From Octopus bimaculoides (taxonomy: Eukaryota): DNA of 64,000 bases. A program made the translations under genes and the position numbers. The stretch's first letter is position 1. Each line of letters opens with the position of its first letter. Below the pieces are notes generated by a model. It searched no databases. It worked only from the letters and a program-made list of their open reading frames with translations, and had not been told where the DNA came from. This document shows positions 37,791 through 50,897 of this stretch, piece by piece. Location: NCBI RefSeq assembly GCF_001194135.2, contig NC_068983.1:9655362-9719361 (forward strand). The letters are read 5' to 3'.

Positions 37791-38096
37791 TCCATTTAGT
37801 TTTAATGATAGTCTCTCGATCCCAGAAAGACCGTTCCGCAATTCCTTGCTGAACAGCCGTGCATACAACTATTCTTCACAGTGATAAAATCTTTGTGCTG
37901 CACATCATCTCGGACGCCCTTTTTCATATCGACGTTGACAGCACAACTGCAGGATCTGCTAGGGGTTAGTTATCGAAGAGTTCCCAGAACAACGTATGAC
38001 GAGGTGTTTTTGGTCAAGAAAACAGCTCACCGCCCGATCTGGGAATCATCGAACCTACAACCACACGATCGTTAGTGCAAACCACTATGCCAATGC

Positions 38097-38145
<49 letters not shown>

Positions 38146-39622
38146 NNNNNNNNNNNNNNNNNNNNNNNNNNNNNNNNNNNNNNNNNNNNNNNNNNNNNNN
38201 NNNNNNNNNNNNNNNNNNNNNNNNNNNNNNNNNNNNNNNNNNNNNNNNNNNNNNNNNNNNNNNNNNNNNNNNNNNNNNNNNNNNNNNNNNNNNNNNNNNN
38301 NNNNNNNNNNNNNNNNNNNNNNNNNNNNNNNNNNNNNNNNNNNNNNNNNNNNNNNNNNNNNNNNNNNNNNNNNNNNNNNNNNNNNNNNNNNNNNNNNNNN
38401 NNNNNNNNNNNNNNNNNNNNNNNNNNNNNNNNNNNNNNNNNNNNNNNNNNNNNNNNNNNNNNNNNNNNNNNNNNNNNNNNNNNNNNNNNNNNNNNNNNNN
38501 NNNNNNNNNNNNNNNNNNNNNNNNNNNNNNNNNNNNNNNNNNNNNNNNNNNNNNNNNNNNNNNNNNNNNNNNNNNNNNNNNNNNNNNNNNNNNNNNNNNN
38601 NNNNNNNNNNNNNNNNNNNNNNNNNNNNNNNNNNNNNNNNNNNNNNNNNNNNNNNNNNNNNNNNNNNNNNNNNNNNNNNNNNNNNNNNNNNNNNNNNNNN
38701 NNNNNNNNNNNNNNNNNNNNNNNNNNNNNNNNNNNNNNNNNNNNNNNNNNNNNNNNNNNNNNNNNNNNNNNNNNNNNNNNNNNNNNNNNNNNNNNNNNNN
38801 NNNNNNNNNNNNNNNNNNNNNNNNNNNNNNNNNNNNNNNNNNNNNNNNNNNNNNNNNNNNNNNNNNNNNNNNNNNNNNNNNNNNNNATATATATATATAT
38901 ATATATATAATGCTGAAGCGTCTCGTGCGTAAAGTATATTGCAAGTATATAGCCTACATAAAATATATGAAACAACGGGTTTTTAAACACACAGCTGTAT
39001 TATTTCAGAAATTGCAATTGTTGAACAAACCCATTATTCCTAGAAAATATGTATTATTATTGTAAAATTTCACAGCGATAGATTCTCTACGACAAACGTA
39101 TCTGTCAGGAATATATAGACAGTGGTGAACCATTTATTCAATATTTGGATTTCTACATTACTTCGTTCTTTTCATTTCTTTATCTCCTTTGAACTATTTT
39201 TCCTGCCCAATTTTCTTTTTGGCTCCAAATTCAATATTATTTCATGTTTATTTTTCATAAATTTTAATATATTTCTATTTCCATTTGGGCGTGTATGTGT
39301 GTTTTATGTTTTTTTTCTTATATTTTTCTCGGCTTTCAGAAGCGATCTATTACAATATCTCAGAGAACATAGATATTTGGGAGTGAAGCTTAAGATTGAA
39401 AATGCCTCATTACTTCTAATTGATTCTATAAGAAAGAATAAGAATGGAAATTGATTATTATTGTTCCTCGTGTTGTTATTGTTGTTAATACATTTTTCAA
39501 TATGTGTGTATCTATGTTTGTGCACGTGTGTATGTGTTCATGAGTGTGCGCATGTGCCTTTGTGGGAATGAATTTATAAGCAATATATTCATACATATCA
39601 ATATTTATATATATTATATTTA

Positions 39623-39719
<97 letters not shown>

Positions 39720-39894
39720 ATAGGTGTAATTTATATATTTTTACAGGTATTTATACACACTTGTAAAAGCATAAACATGTATCAATTATTGTGTAAATAA
39801 AGATACACATGCGCGTGCTTGTGCTCGGAGCACACATGCATAATTTAGGTACTTACAAGTTTATACGCCTACATATAAATATGTACGTATATAA

Positions 39895-39928
<34 letters not shown>

Positions 39929-40009
39929 GGAGAGAGAGAGAGAGAGAGAGAAGTGTCTTTCTCTGAATATGTATTTTATATGAGTATATATGTTTGTATA
40001 TATGTTTGT

Positions 40010-40050
<41 letters not shown>

Positions 40051-40051
40051 C

Positions 40052-40102
<51 letters not shown>

Positions 40103-40123
40103 CAGATAGATAGACAGATAGAC

Positions 40124-40191
<68 letters not shown>

Positions 40192-40240
40192 GGATGGATG
40201 GATGGATGGACGGACGGACGAACGGACGGACGGATGGATG
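40010..40240. repeat. (GATA)n-(GGAT)n-(GGAC)n tetranucleotide array
   Basis: Direct reading; similar arrays at 357-462 and 8880-9033. Confidence 0.95.
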
Positions 40241-40462
40241 GATTTTGACATTCTTGATATTATGTTGGTTGAATGTGATTCAGTTGCAGTGGAGGGTTTA
40301 GAAATTTATTCGTCAACACTTGATATAAATGCAGTTTCAAGACGATGGTATTGCCACGTCTTAAATATATACATATGAGTGTCTGCATGTCTATTATATC
40401 TATACGTGCACGTGCATGTATATAAACATATGTTTATATACTTTCACATATATATACATATA

Positions 40463-40514
<52 letters not shown>

Positions 40515-41212
40515 NNNNNNNNNNNNNNNNNNNNNNNNNNNNNNNNNNNNNNNNNNNNNNNNNNNNNNNNNNNNNNNNNNNNNNNNNNNNNNNNNNNNNN
40601 NNNNNNNNNNNNNNNNNNNNNNNNNNNNNNNNNNNNNNNNNNNNNNNNNNNNNNNNNNNNNNNNNNNNNNNNNNNNNNNNNNNNNNNNNNNNNNNNNNNN
40701 NNNNNNNNNNNNNNNNNNNNNNNNNNNNNNNNNNNNNNNNNNNNNNNNNNNNNNNNNNNNNNNNNNNNNNNNNNNNNNNNNNNNNNNNNNNNNNNNNNNN
40801 NNNNNNNNNNNNNNNNNNNNNNNNNNNNNNNNATATATATATATATATATATATATATAGTTCAGATATTTGATATGAGTGAAATCACAGATGCAGTACA
40901 TAAAGAGTGAATGTGCACAATTTGACAGCAGTGTGGGGTTATTGTATCGAGCTCACGTAAATCTTGCACAGCGCATCGACCTTTGCATCACAAATGGTGA
41001 AAATCATACTGGAGATGTTATTTTTCAATATTCCAATTGAATGAAATGTTGTTGGAAATTTTACGTGTGTTTTATGTAACTATAAATTTTGTCTGTGTCC
41101 AGACTTTAAGGACACTCTGTATATTTCTTTTGGTATATGGCTGATAGGTTCGTTTCTTGATCCTGCGAAACTTTATGTTGCATGTAACCGAATCAAACTG
41201 TTATCAAATAAT

Positions 41213-41612
41213 GTGGCTGTGTGGTAAGTAGCTTGCTTACCAACCACATGGTTCCGGGTTCAGTCCCACTGTGTGGCACCTTGGGCGAGTGTCTTCTAAT
41301 ATATCCTCGGGCCGACCAAAGCCTTGTGAGTGGATTTGGTAGACGGAAACTGAAAGAAGCCCGTCGTATATGTGTATATATATAAGTATGTGTGTTTGTG
41401 TGTCTGTGTTTGTCCCCCCACCATCGCTTGACAACCGATGTTGGTGTGTTTACGTCCCCGTAACTTAGCGGTTCGGCAAAAAGAGAGTGATAGAGTATGT
41501 ACTAGGCTTACAAGAATAAGTTCTGGGGTTGATTCTCTCGACTAAGGGCGGTGCTCCAGCATGGCCGCAGTCAAATGACTGAAACAAGTAAAAGAGTAAA
41601 AGAGTAAAGAGT
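41213..41612 (+). mobile_element. SINE type A
   Basis: Head through (AAAAGAGT)n tail. Confidence 0.92.
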
Positions 41613-41681
41613 ATATTCATACTGATATATACATATAGAGATAGGGGAGAGAGTGAGAGAGCGAGTTTATTCCAATCTCTA

Positions 41682-41731
<50 letters not shown>

Positions 41732-41867
41732 TCCATCGTCCGCCCTTCGAATGAATGATAAACTCATCTGCCAGTTCCAAAATCTATCTTCTGATCACCA
41801 CTCTACACCCCAACCCACACCCACTGCCCAACCACCCCTATCTGCCACCGAACTCTCCTCTCTCGTC

Positions 41868-42080
41868 AGTTTCTCACCAAAACCAGCATGGTACTGCTTC
41901 CGCACCTGCCCTATTCGTCAAATATAGCACCTGCGGCCTTGCATCGCCTCCCCCAAGATCAAAATACAGCTCAAAGATCGCCGTTTTAACACCGTTGTCG
42001 GGATCTAGAGCGAATCGCAGGAGGTCCTCGACTCGCTTACGGAAAACGAATTCCAAGTCGGATTCCAAAAGTGGTATTAT
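41868..42080 (+). pseudogene. Mariner transposase C-terminal remnant
   Basis: FLTKTSMVLLPHLPYSSNIAP (degenerate YSPDLAP), then frameshifted PKIKIQLKDRRFNTVV..ESQEVLDSLTENEFQVGFQKW. Confidence 0.8.
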
Positions 42081-42243
42081 TGGTTTTCTTACCTCTTTTT
42101 AATCTTCTATTTTTATGCTTTTTCTTCTTTCCTTCATTTATCTCAAACAACAAAAACACTTTGAACTGTTTGTTTGTACAGTTTATTTGTTATCTATAGT
42201 AACTACGCATATATGCAGTATATAAGTGTCTCTGAGTGTGCGC

Positions 42244-42932
42244 GCCAGGAAAAGACAAAAGTGCCTCGTATCAACAACAAGCAGGAAGAGCCAATCACAA
42301 TCGTGGGAGCACCAATGGAGGATGTTAGTGAGTTTGTCTATCTTGGCAGCAAGATCAGCAAATCAGGTGGATCAGACGAGGACATCACTGCAAGAAGTAA
42401 GAACGCTTGGCAAGCCTTTGCTATTCTTCGGCCGGTATGGAAGTCCACTGCCATCTCAACTCGAACTAAACTCCGCTTATTTAGTTCAAACGTAAAATCT
42501 GTGCTTTTGTATGGCTCTGGAACATGGAGAGCCACCTGCAGCAACTACAAGAAGATCCAGACCTTCATCAACAAATGTCTCCGGTAGATCCTCCATCTGA
42601 AGTGGTTCGACAGAGTGGCAAACACCGACTTGTGGGAAAGGGCCAACCAGGAGCCCATACATTTTCACATTAGACGAAGGAAATGGAGATGGATCGGACA
42701 CACACTGCGGAAAGAACCCTCAAATGTGACACGACAAGCACTTGAATGGAACCCGCAGGGGAAAAGAAAGTGAGGACGCCCGAAGCAGACATAGAAGCGG
42801 AGCATTTTGGACGAGCTCAGGACCATCGGCGTGACATGAGAAGCAGCCAAGAAACACGCCAATGACCCGAAAATAGTGGAAAATAACTGTTGAGGCCCTA
42901 TGCTCCACAAGGGGCAAAAAGGATTAAGAAGA
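42244..42932 (+). mobile_element. RTE-clade LINE, 5'-truncated (RT thumb and C-terminus)
   Basis: EDVSEFVYLGSKI, TKLRLFSSNVKSVLLYGSGTW, RRKWRWIGHTLRK, QALEWNPQGKRK; stops present; (GAA)n tail. Confidence 0.92.
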
Positions 42933-43965
42933 AGAAATGTGTGCGTGTTCGCGCACGATGTGTATGTGTGTATGTATGTGTGTATGTGTGTGTGAGCGCC
43001 TGTGTGTGAATAAATGCTTATACACATGCTTATGATTGAGGGTCAGCGCCAGAAACACTGCAGTAACGTCTAACATCCGCTACCAACTAAACGCCAGTCG
43101 ATAGTTACCAAACTAACAATGAGAATTTGTTGTTAAGTAAAGATGACATTATTTTTAAGTGAATACAAGCATGGTATTGTAAATTATCCATTTTCAATTT
43201 ACCAATAAACCATAACATTGTGGTTGCTCAACTTCCAGGTATTTGATGTGGGGATATATCGATATTTTGAACAGATCAAAAGAAAATTGCTAAAATGCAG
43301 CCACAGACGTCTCTTGGGTTCTTAAATTTTGTTGTTCTTTCACTTGTATCAATCATTGAACTTAGGTCATACTGGAGCATTTTTGCCAAGAGTTTTATTT
43401 TAATCAGGCAATTATTTATCGCTTTCTATTTATCGAAACCACTGTCATGCTTTGACATTCAGGGAAACTACACAAGTAAATATAAGGACAAACACACACA
43501 CTCCAATATGTGTATGTGTGTGTACATTTGCATGTCTGTATGTGTGTACGTTTGCGTGTTGTGTGGTGGGGGTGGGGGACTTTTTATGGTTAGAGAATAA
43601 ATAATGTGATGTAACCGAATGAAAGGCATACAGTGAGATCTGGCTCCACAATTACATTATAGAAATACAAATATTTATTCAAAAGCATAAATATGGTTGA
43701 ATTAAAGTGTTTTATTTTGAAAATAATTAAATCTGAAAATAGGAAAGAAAATCTTTCGAGCTACGTTTACGAGTCTCAAAGGAGTTCAATTGATAATAAT
43801 ATTTAATAAAAGGGATTTCTGATTGAATAAGACATTTAAAACACATGCAGAATGAAAATATTATAAGTTTATGTTGCCATGCATCATGTTCCGAAACTAC
43901 AGAACTTGTGAATACAAAACCCAAAAAATGTGCGGTGTGCATGTTTGTGAATGCCTGAGTATGTA

Positions 43966-44013
<48 letters not shown>

Positions 44014-44067
44014 TGTGTGTGTGTGTGTGTGCGTGTGCGTGTGTGTGAATTATTTTATTGTTTTGTT

Positions 44068-44455
44068 CTTTTACTTGTTTCAGCCATGTTACTGCGGCCA
44101 TGCTGGAGCACCGCCTTCAGTCGAACAAATCGACCCCAGGACTTATTCTTTGGAAGCCTAGTACTCATTCTATCGGTCGCATTTGCCGAACCACTAAGTT
44201 ACGGGGACGTAAACACATCAACATCGGATGTCATGCTATGGTGGGGCGGGCAAACATACACACAAATACATACATATATATATATATACGACAGGCTTCT
44301 TTCAGTTTCTGTCTACTAAATCCATTCACAAGACTTTGGTCGGCCCGAGGCTATAGCAGAAAATACTTGCCTTAGGTGCCACCATGCAGTGGGACTGAAC
44401 CCGGAACCATGTGGTTGGTAAGCAAGCTTTTTGCCACCAGCCACTCCTGCGACTA
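44068..44455 (-). mobile_element. SINE type A
   Basis: Full head-to-tail match on the minus strand. Confidence 0.9.
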
Positions 44456-44504
44456 TGTGTACAAATCAAACGATAATTTGTCATCAGTAACTTTAGACTT
44501 TATC

Positions 44505-44570
44505 CCAGAGGTCCCTAACCACCGGGCTGCGGACCAGTACCGATCCGTGAATCATTTGCTACCGGTCCAC
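44505..44570 (+). mobile_element. hAT-Charlie-like terminal fragment
   Basis: CAGAGGTCCCTAACCACCGGGCTGCGGACCAGTACCGATCCGTG resembles Charlie/MER1-type left ends; no partner end seen. Confidence 0.5.
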
Positions 44571-44738
44571 AAGATAATAATTAAATTATTTAAAATCATA
44601 TAACAGGTAAATTGAATATTGGACTTTAATTTTAAAAGATTTGTTTAAATATTCAATACCGTTCTTATATTTAAGAGATGAGGAATTATGTATATTATTC
44701 ACATGTGACGAATATCTGTCCTCATCTTGTATGTTGTT

Positions 44739-44784
44739 AACACAACATTTCGGCTGATATACTCTCCAGCCTTCATCAGGTGTA
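44739..44784 (-). ncRNA. Minimal type I hammerhead-like motif (mirror copy)
   Basis: ACAC-CTGATGA-A-GGCTG-N10-CAGCC-GAAAT-GTT-GTGT; perfect stem II; U-G wobble in stem III. Confidence 0.55.
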
Positions 44785-44871
44785 TTGCGAAAATTTCGAA
44801 TCTGGGTTCTCATTCCTAAGGTTCGAAATTTCCCCAAGTTCAAAATTTCCCCAAGTTCAAAATTTCCCCAG

Positions 44872-44917
44872 GACACCTGATGAAGGTTGGCGGGTATATC
44901 AGCTGAAACGTTGTGTT
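44872..44917 (+). ncRNA. Minimal type I hammerhead-like motif
   Basis: GACAC-CTGATGA-A-GGTTG-N10-CAGCT-GAAAC-GTT-GTGTT; stem I GACAC/GTGTT; loopless ACGT stem III; GUU triplet. Confidence 0.6.
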
Positions 44918-45189
44918 AACAACAAACAAGATGAGGACAAATATCCGTCAAATGTAAATAATGTAAATAATGTTAATATTCAGTATTTACCTACTCACTA
45001 CTTTCTATCAAAACTGCAGTGACACTAACCAATACAAAATTACGGAGAAGGAACACATTTCAAATATCATTGTCTAGGCAACGCTAGGCAACGCAAAGTT
45101 GTAATACAAATACAATAAAATGCATTGTCAGATCAGATATGTCTAATGATATCAGAATCAAATAGTAATTAGAAGATTGATACAGAATA

Positions 45190-45480
45190 TGATAAGGTGA
45201 CACGCATGTCAATTCATGTATTTTCTTGTGCGGGAATAATGTTCCTGTAATGACGAGTTCGTTCATGGTGCAGACCTCACAGAATTTCTCGCCGCTTTCA
45301 TTCGGATCCCCTTCAAGTTGGCTGCCGTTCACTTCATAATAAGACTCCGAATCACTACCAACTTCGGCGTCGAAGTCACTTGTTATGACGAGCATGTCGA
45401 ATCTGAGTATTTACTCCACAGCCTCAGTGAGTGCTCTATAGAAGATGCCCTTGCGGAAAAGAGGGGCAGATTGGTGGATT
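45190..45480 (-). mobile_element. RTE-clade LINE AP-endonuclease fragment
   Basis: DMLVITSDFDAEVG...NESGEKFCEVCTMNELVITGTLFPHKKIHELTCVSP matches the GDFNAKVG / TLFPHK.IH..TW.SP motifs. Confidence 0.8.
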
Positions 45481-46244
45481 TGGAAAGTGGAAATAGTAGC
45501 GAACCACAGCCATCGACAGGATCACGTGAAAAGAGAGAGAACAGAAGCCTTGTGTGCCACCTGGGCATAAAGTGGAAAGAAGAAAAGAATAGCAACTGAA
45601 ATTTCTTTAATTTGGTGGCTGAGGATAGCTGAAATGGTAACCGTGAGGCTTGTTGTCACTTTTGTATGAAAAGAAGTTGACTGAATGGAGGTTTAAGTTA
45701 ATCCATTGGCAACATGATGGTTGTCTTGGTGGTCATTTTTTTTTCTTCTTAGGAAGACAATTGACATGGTGAGCGAATCCCAAGACTCTGAACCAGTAAC
45801 TGTCGGAGTTCGGGACAAAATTGGTATAATATCATGTCACAATAGCGATAAAATTGAAAGACCATCGTAAAAAGGACAGTACGAGAGAGTCGGTCACCGA
45901 CAACACTCGTTTGGTGAGCAGGAAATATATCTATTTACAGGATTTAGATTGATGAAAACAGATGGCTTTTTCTTGGGACGCTGATGGATCAGAAGCCGCT
46001 TATACAAACACATGTATATACTCAGAAGTAAATATGTAAAATATATAATCATAGTTATAGGTATAGTGATGCAAACAGGAAAAATAAGGCTCAAAATATG
46101 AGTACTTGTATATTTTTATTAATATTTAGCAGAAGTAACAGACTCACTCAAGTATCCAGAGTTCGTGCGTTGACACGCGCAAATATTCATATGTGTATGT
46201 GTGTGTATTTGTGTATATATGTATTCATATGTGTATGTATATAT

Positions 46245-46507
46245 AAAAAAATAAATAAATGCGCCCTTTTAAAGCCTAGCCAGGCTCATGGACCCGGTTT
46301 CCCGGTTTCAATGGCGTATGTGTTCCCCAGCTGGACGGGACGCCAGTCCATCGCAGCGTTACTTATTTTTGTCGGCTGAGTGGACTGGAGCAACGTGAAA
46401 TGAAGTGTTTTGCTGAAAAACACAACGCGTCACCCGATCCAGGAATCGAAACCACAATCTTGCCATCATGATGCTGATACCCTAACCACTAAGCCACGCG
46501 CCTCCAC
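46245..46507 (-). mobile_element. SINE type C head with tail X
   Basis: Near-identical reverse complement of the 1915-2178 copy. Confidence 0.88.
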
Positions 46508-47109
46508 GTATGTATATATATATACATGTGTGTATATATATATGCATATACATATATGTATATAGATATGTGTATATATGCATGTATTCATGCATGTATG
46601 AATATATATGAATATGGATCTATGTGTGTCTGTGTGTGTGTGTGTCATTATATGCGTAGATAGACTAAATACCAGCTGTGTTTTCCTCTTGAAGCACATC
46701 TTATTTTATTATCGCAATTAGAATGTATCCATAGTTTATCCTAAATATTCGATGAACGTCCTCATACGATACGATAAAACCCTCTGAGATATTATTAGAT
46801 AAAAGATATTTACCCAAGGATCCGCATTATGTAAAACATGGAATCTCATTTTAAATGTACAGTTCTACTTCCGTCTAGACAAACAGTTTATCCACAAAAT
46901 AACTCTGTAAGATTTCGTGCACAGTAATGGCATCTGAATAAAAGATTAAATTTCTGAATTAGCTATCATTTGTGCGTTACATCTCGTTTAACAATGCCAA
47001 TGATTAAAAATGGCTTTTTTCTGAACAAGTGTAAGCGCACACAAATCATAGACGCTGACATAAATTAACATTTTAATTGTGTGTGCACATGTGTGTGTGT
47101 GTATGTATG

Positions 47110-47141
<32 letters not shown>

Positions 47142-47239
47142 CGTGTGTGTGTGTGTGTATACTTATATTCATTTGAGTATAGTTATATATATATATATAT
47201 TATTAAATTAAAATACAAATTAGATATATTATACACACT

Positions 47240-47375
47240 GGCGCAGGAGTGGCTGTGTGGTAAGTAGCTTGCTTACCAACCACATGATTCCGAGTTCAGT
47301 CCCACTGCATGGCACCTTGGGCAAGTGTCTTCTCCTATAGCCTCGGGCCGACTAAAGCTGTGGGTTTGGTAGACG
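47240..47375 (+). mobile_element. SINE type A 5' part fused to a mariner fragment
   Basis: Head and body to GGTAGACG, then mariner sequence. Confidence 0.85.
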
Positions 47376-47737
47376 TTCAGGATGAGATTTCGTAGCAAAA
47401 GGCCAAAGCAGCGGTACCAGTCCACAATTCGAGTATGGCAACCAACTAGTTGAGTGAGATGGGCATCAAAACACTCCAACCTCCCTACATTACAGACCTC
47501 GCTTCCTGTGAGTTTTGGTTGGCTGTTCCCCAAGCTAAAGGAGAAAATAAAGGGGATTGTGACATGGGTCTGGACACCTTCACTTTTGAGGACTTCTATG
47601 ATGTCTTCACGAAGTGGCTGGAGCAGTACAAGTCCAGTGAAATCAAATGATCCTACTTTGAAGGAGATTAAACTTTTGTACTTCATTGAAACTAATAAAG
47701 CTCCAGGATAGTCTCAGAACTTCTGGAATGTACCTTG
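47376..47737 (+). mobile_element. Mariner 3' fragment with right TIR
   Basis: EMGIKTLQPPYITDLASCEFW (YSPDLAPCDFW-like), FPKLKEK, FTKWLE, SYFEGD*; ends AGTCTCAGAACTTCTGGAATGTACCTTG then TA. Confidence 0.85.
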
Positions 47738-48257
47738 TATTATGCAAATTGGCTTACCCTATTTGATTTTCTTAGAATTGACTACAGTTAATTTTGAAAA
47801 TCTGAAATAAGAATTAATCCCAGTACTTGACTGGTAAAGTCGACCTCTTCGAGATTTGAACTTAGAACACAGAAAACAGTTTCCAAGACATTTTATCTGA
47901 TCTGACTCTGTAGCAGCTCTACCGAATGCTGCCGAAACAGCTATAAACTACACATAAGTAGTCCTATGTAAACGTTAATTTGTCAATGCATTGAGCTTTA
48001 AATATGAAATGCTAACAAGAAATAAATCGCTTGTTGTAAATTATGTATCTCTCTTATTACATTTAAGTATTAGCAAACGTGATTCCGCTTTAATTTATCA
48101 TATTTAAATACCAATCTTAAAACTGTGTTTGTAATCATTTGCATATGAAGTGAGTTTTAATTGGAAAATCATTATGGAATTACAGAAATCCTGTTTACAT
48201 AGATACACACACACAGATAGATAGATAGATACATACATACATACATACACACATACA

Positions 48258-48290
<33 letters not shown>

Positions 48291-48348
48291 CTACTCATAT
48301 ATATATACATATATATATGTATATATACATATATATACATACATACAT

Positions 48349-48380
<32 letters not shown>

Positions 48381-48599
48381 GGATAGATAGATATAGATAT
48401 ATGCATGTACAGCATGCACATGCGCAACAGCATATAAACATGTATTCGTACAAGCGTGAGGTACCTTTATGTACGTACGTACGTATGTATGTATGTATGT
48501 ATGTATGTATTATGTATGTATGTATGTATGTATGTATGTATGTATGTATTATGTATGTATGCACGTATGTATGTATGTATGTATGTATGTTCAGTCCGC

Positions 48600-48860
48600 T
48601 CCGTTCTCCAATTATCTCATTTAGAATATGTTCTCGTAAAGAATCTTGTCATGACCCTTTGCGTCGTAGCCATTCGATGCTCTTTCCATTTCGCATTCAC
48701 TGACGCCTCACTTGCCTACAAGAAAGCAGGTAGGACGGTGCTATTGAAGCGTCTGGCACATACGGCATTGTCTAGCTTTGTTTTGAGAACATCCTTTATT
48801 GAGTTAAATTCCATCCCTTATTCTTTCAATGCGATGTTATCACAGAATACCGAAAGCTTA
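48600..48860 (-). mobile_element. Degenerate RTE-type LINE fragment
   Basis: KLDNAVCARRFNSTVLPAFL*ASE...EHRMATTQRVM resembles the RTE motif RLFNSTVLP.MLY.SETW. Confidence 0.5.
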
Positions 48861-50235
48861 AGTTCTATTGGGTCTGATATGTCGCGAGGTTCACAAACGA
48901 CAAGTGGATCGTGCAGTTGCCGATTGCTATCCAAGAGGTCAGGAAAAGCCACTTGAAGGACCTTCACGACGATGGTGCAATCAAAATAGAATTGGAAACG
49001 CAATTCTAGGTGTTTTCTAGGGGGCTTCGAATATGTAAAAAAACTAAAGCCAACTTCACAAATCTGATGATATATTCAAATTCAGCTCTCCAAATTTAAC
49101 ATATAAATCGCGACGGGCCACGATTGTGACCCAGTTAGATTCATTTAAATGGGCGTTTGTTGGGGTCTAATGTCACTCAAACGCTCCGATACCCCAACCC
49201 CAGAATGCAAGAGGACTAATAGTTCAACTAATGACTTTTCAAATGATGTAAAACTTGCCACCGTTATATACTAAGATATTTTAACTATCTTTTTTTTTGT
49301 TTTTTGTTTTTTTGTGTGCATGGTTGTCTCATTTTCATAAAATATGTTCAGCAGTCCATGCTGTGTAAGTGCAAATCCCAGCGCTTTATCGGTTAAATTT
49401 AGAATTACTCCAATACGAAAACAGTGTTGACCAGTTTTGTGTAATAAAATGCTAGAAATTTTCGAAGTAAGAGGTTGCAATCGATTATATTTACCCTAGT
49501 GCGTAACTGGCACATTAATTTATCGATCCAAAGATGATGGCAAACATTATTCAGGGCAACAAGATTTAAAATCAAAACCTCCAGGGAAGTAACTAAATAC
49601 TACAAAGGATTATTTATGCCATCACACTGTATGAGGGACAGTTATTAATTATTGATTTAAGGCTTCAGATTTGGTGGGCTCGCACATCGTTAATTATATC
49701 TACCACAGAATCTGACTAATACTTTATTATTATCGATCAAGGAGGACAAAGGGGAAGCTGGCATCGGCGGGATTTGAACTTAGAGTGTAAAGAAAAACTA
49801 CAAAGTAATTTGTTGGTCACAAATAGAGTTATTAATCATTAAGAAGTAATAGTGTTAATACTATTAACATTTTGTCCAGAATATCAGAATATCAGAATAG
49901 CAATAAAATTCACAGGGTCCATGTTACATTTGTAATAAGAGTTCCGTTACTGATGTTATTCCCTTTTAAGTTACAAGTTCAAATGTACGCCACATATAAA
50001 ATTTACGTCATTATATAAAATGCTTGGAGAGAAATGTCAAATAGTGGAACTTAATAAAGACACGTGCGTGTACGAACATGTACACATACATTAACAGAAT
50101 CGTTTGAGTGTAGGATGGATGGAATATTCGTGGTATTTGTTCTGCATCTTTGTGCTCTGAGTTCAAATCCTGTCAGGGTTCAATTTGTCTTTCATCATTT
50201 TTCGGCGTCAATTAGAACAGCTCTATTCCGACACA

Positions 50236-50627
50236 GTGGAGGCGCAATGGCTCAGTGGTTCGGGCAGGGGACACGCGGTCATAGGATCGCGGTTTCAATT
50301 TCCAGACCGGGCGTTGTGAGTGTTTATTGAGCGAAAACACCTAAAGCTCCACGAGGCTCCAGCTGGAGATGGTGGCGAACCCTGCTGTACTCTTCCACCA
50401 TAACTTCCTCTCACTCTTGCTTCCTGTTTCTGTTGTGCCTGTATTTTAAAGGGCCAGCCTTGTCACACTGTGTCACGCTGAATATCCCCGAGAACTACGT
50501 TAAGGGTGCACGTGTCTGTGGAGTGCTCAGCCACTTGCACGTTAATTTCACGAGCAGGCTGTTCCGTTGATCGGATCAACTGGAACCCTCGACGTCGTAA
50601 GCGACGGAGTGCCAACAACAACAACAA
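50236..50627 (+). mobile_element. SINE type D head with tail Y
   Basis: GTGGAGGCGCAATGGCTCAGTGG head, distinct body, tail Y, (CAA)n end. Confidence 0.9.
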
Positions 50628-50684
50628 TTCCGACACAATCTATCGGAGGATCTTTAAGAATTTTGATATACTTTGCAGGATTAT

Positions 50685-50897
50685 GGTGACGAGCTGGCAG
50701 AATTGTTATCACGTCAGGCAAAATGCTTAGCGGCATTTCGTCCGTCTTTATGTTCTGAGTTCAAATACTGCCGAGATGGACTTCGTCTTTTATTCTTTCG
50801 GGGCCAACAAAATAAGTAACAGTTGAGCACTAGGGTTGGTGTAACTGAGTTAAACCCTCTCCCGAAATTGCTGGTATTGCGCCAAAATTTGAAACCA
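50685..50897 (+). mobile_element. SINE B (tail 2), degenerate
   Basis: Head, core and ccaaaatttgaaacc tail. Confidence 0.75.

Larger units (their letters stand above)
44691..44965. mobile_element. Penelope-like foldback element (second family)
   Basis: 93-bp inverted arms 44691-44783 and 44873-44965 (about 11 mismatches); spacer holds a 17-bp tandem repeat x3. Confidence 0.75.

Noticed and set aside
39338-39380. Tyrosine-kinase-like DLLQYLREHR
   Set aside because: Only about 10 residues; no other kinase subdomain exon was found
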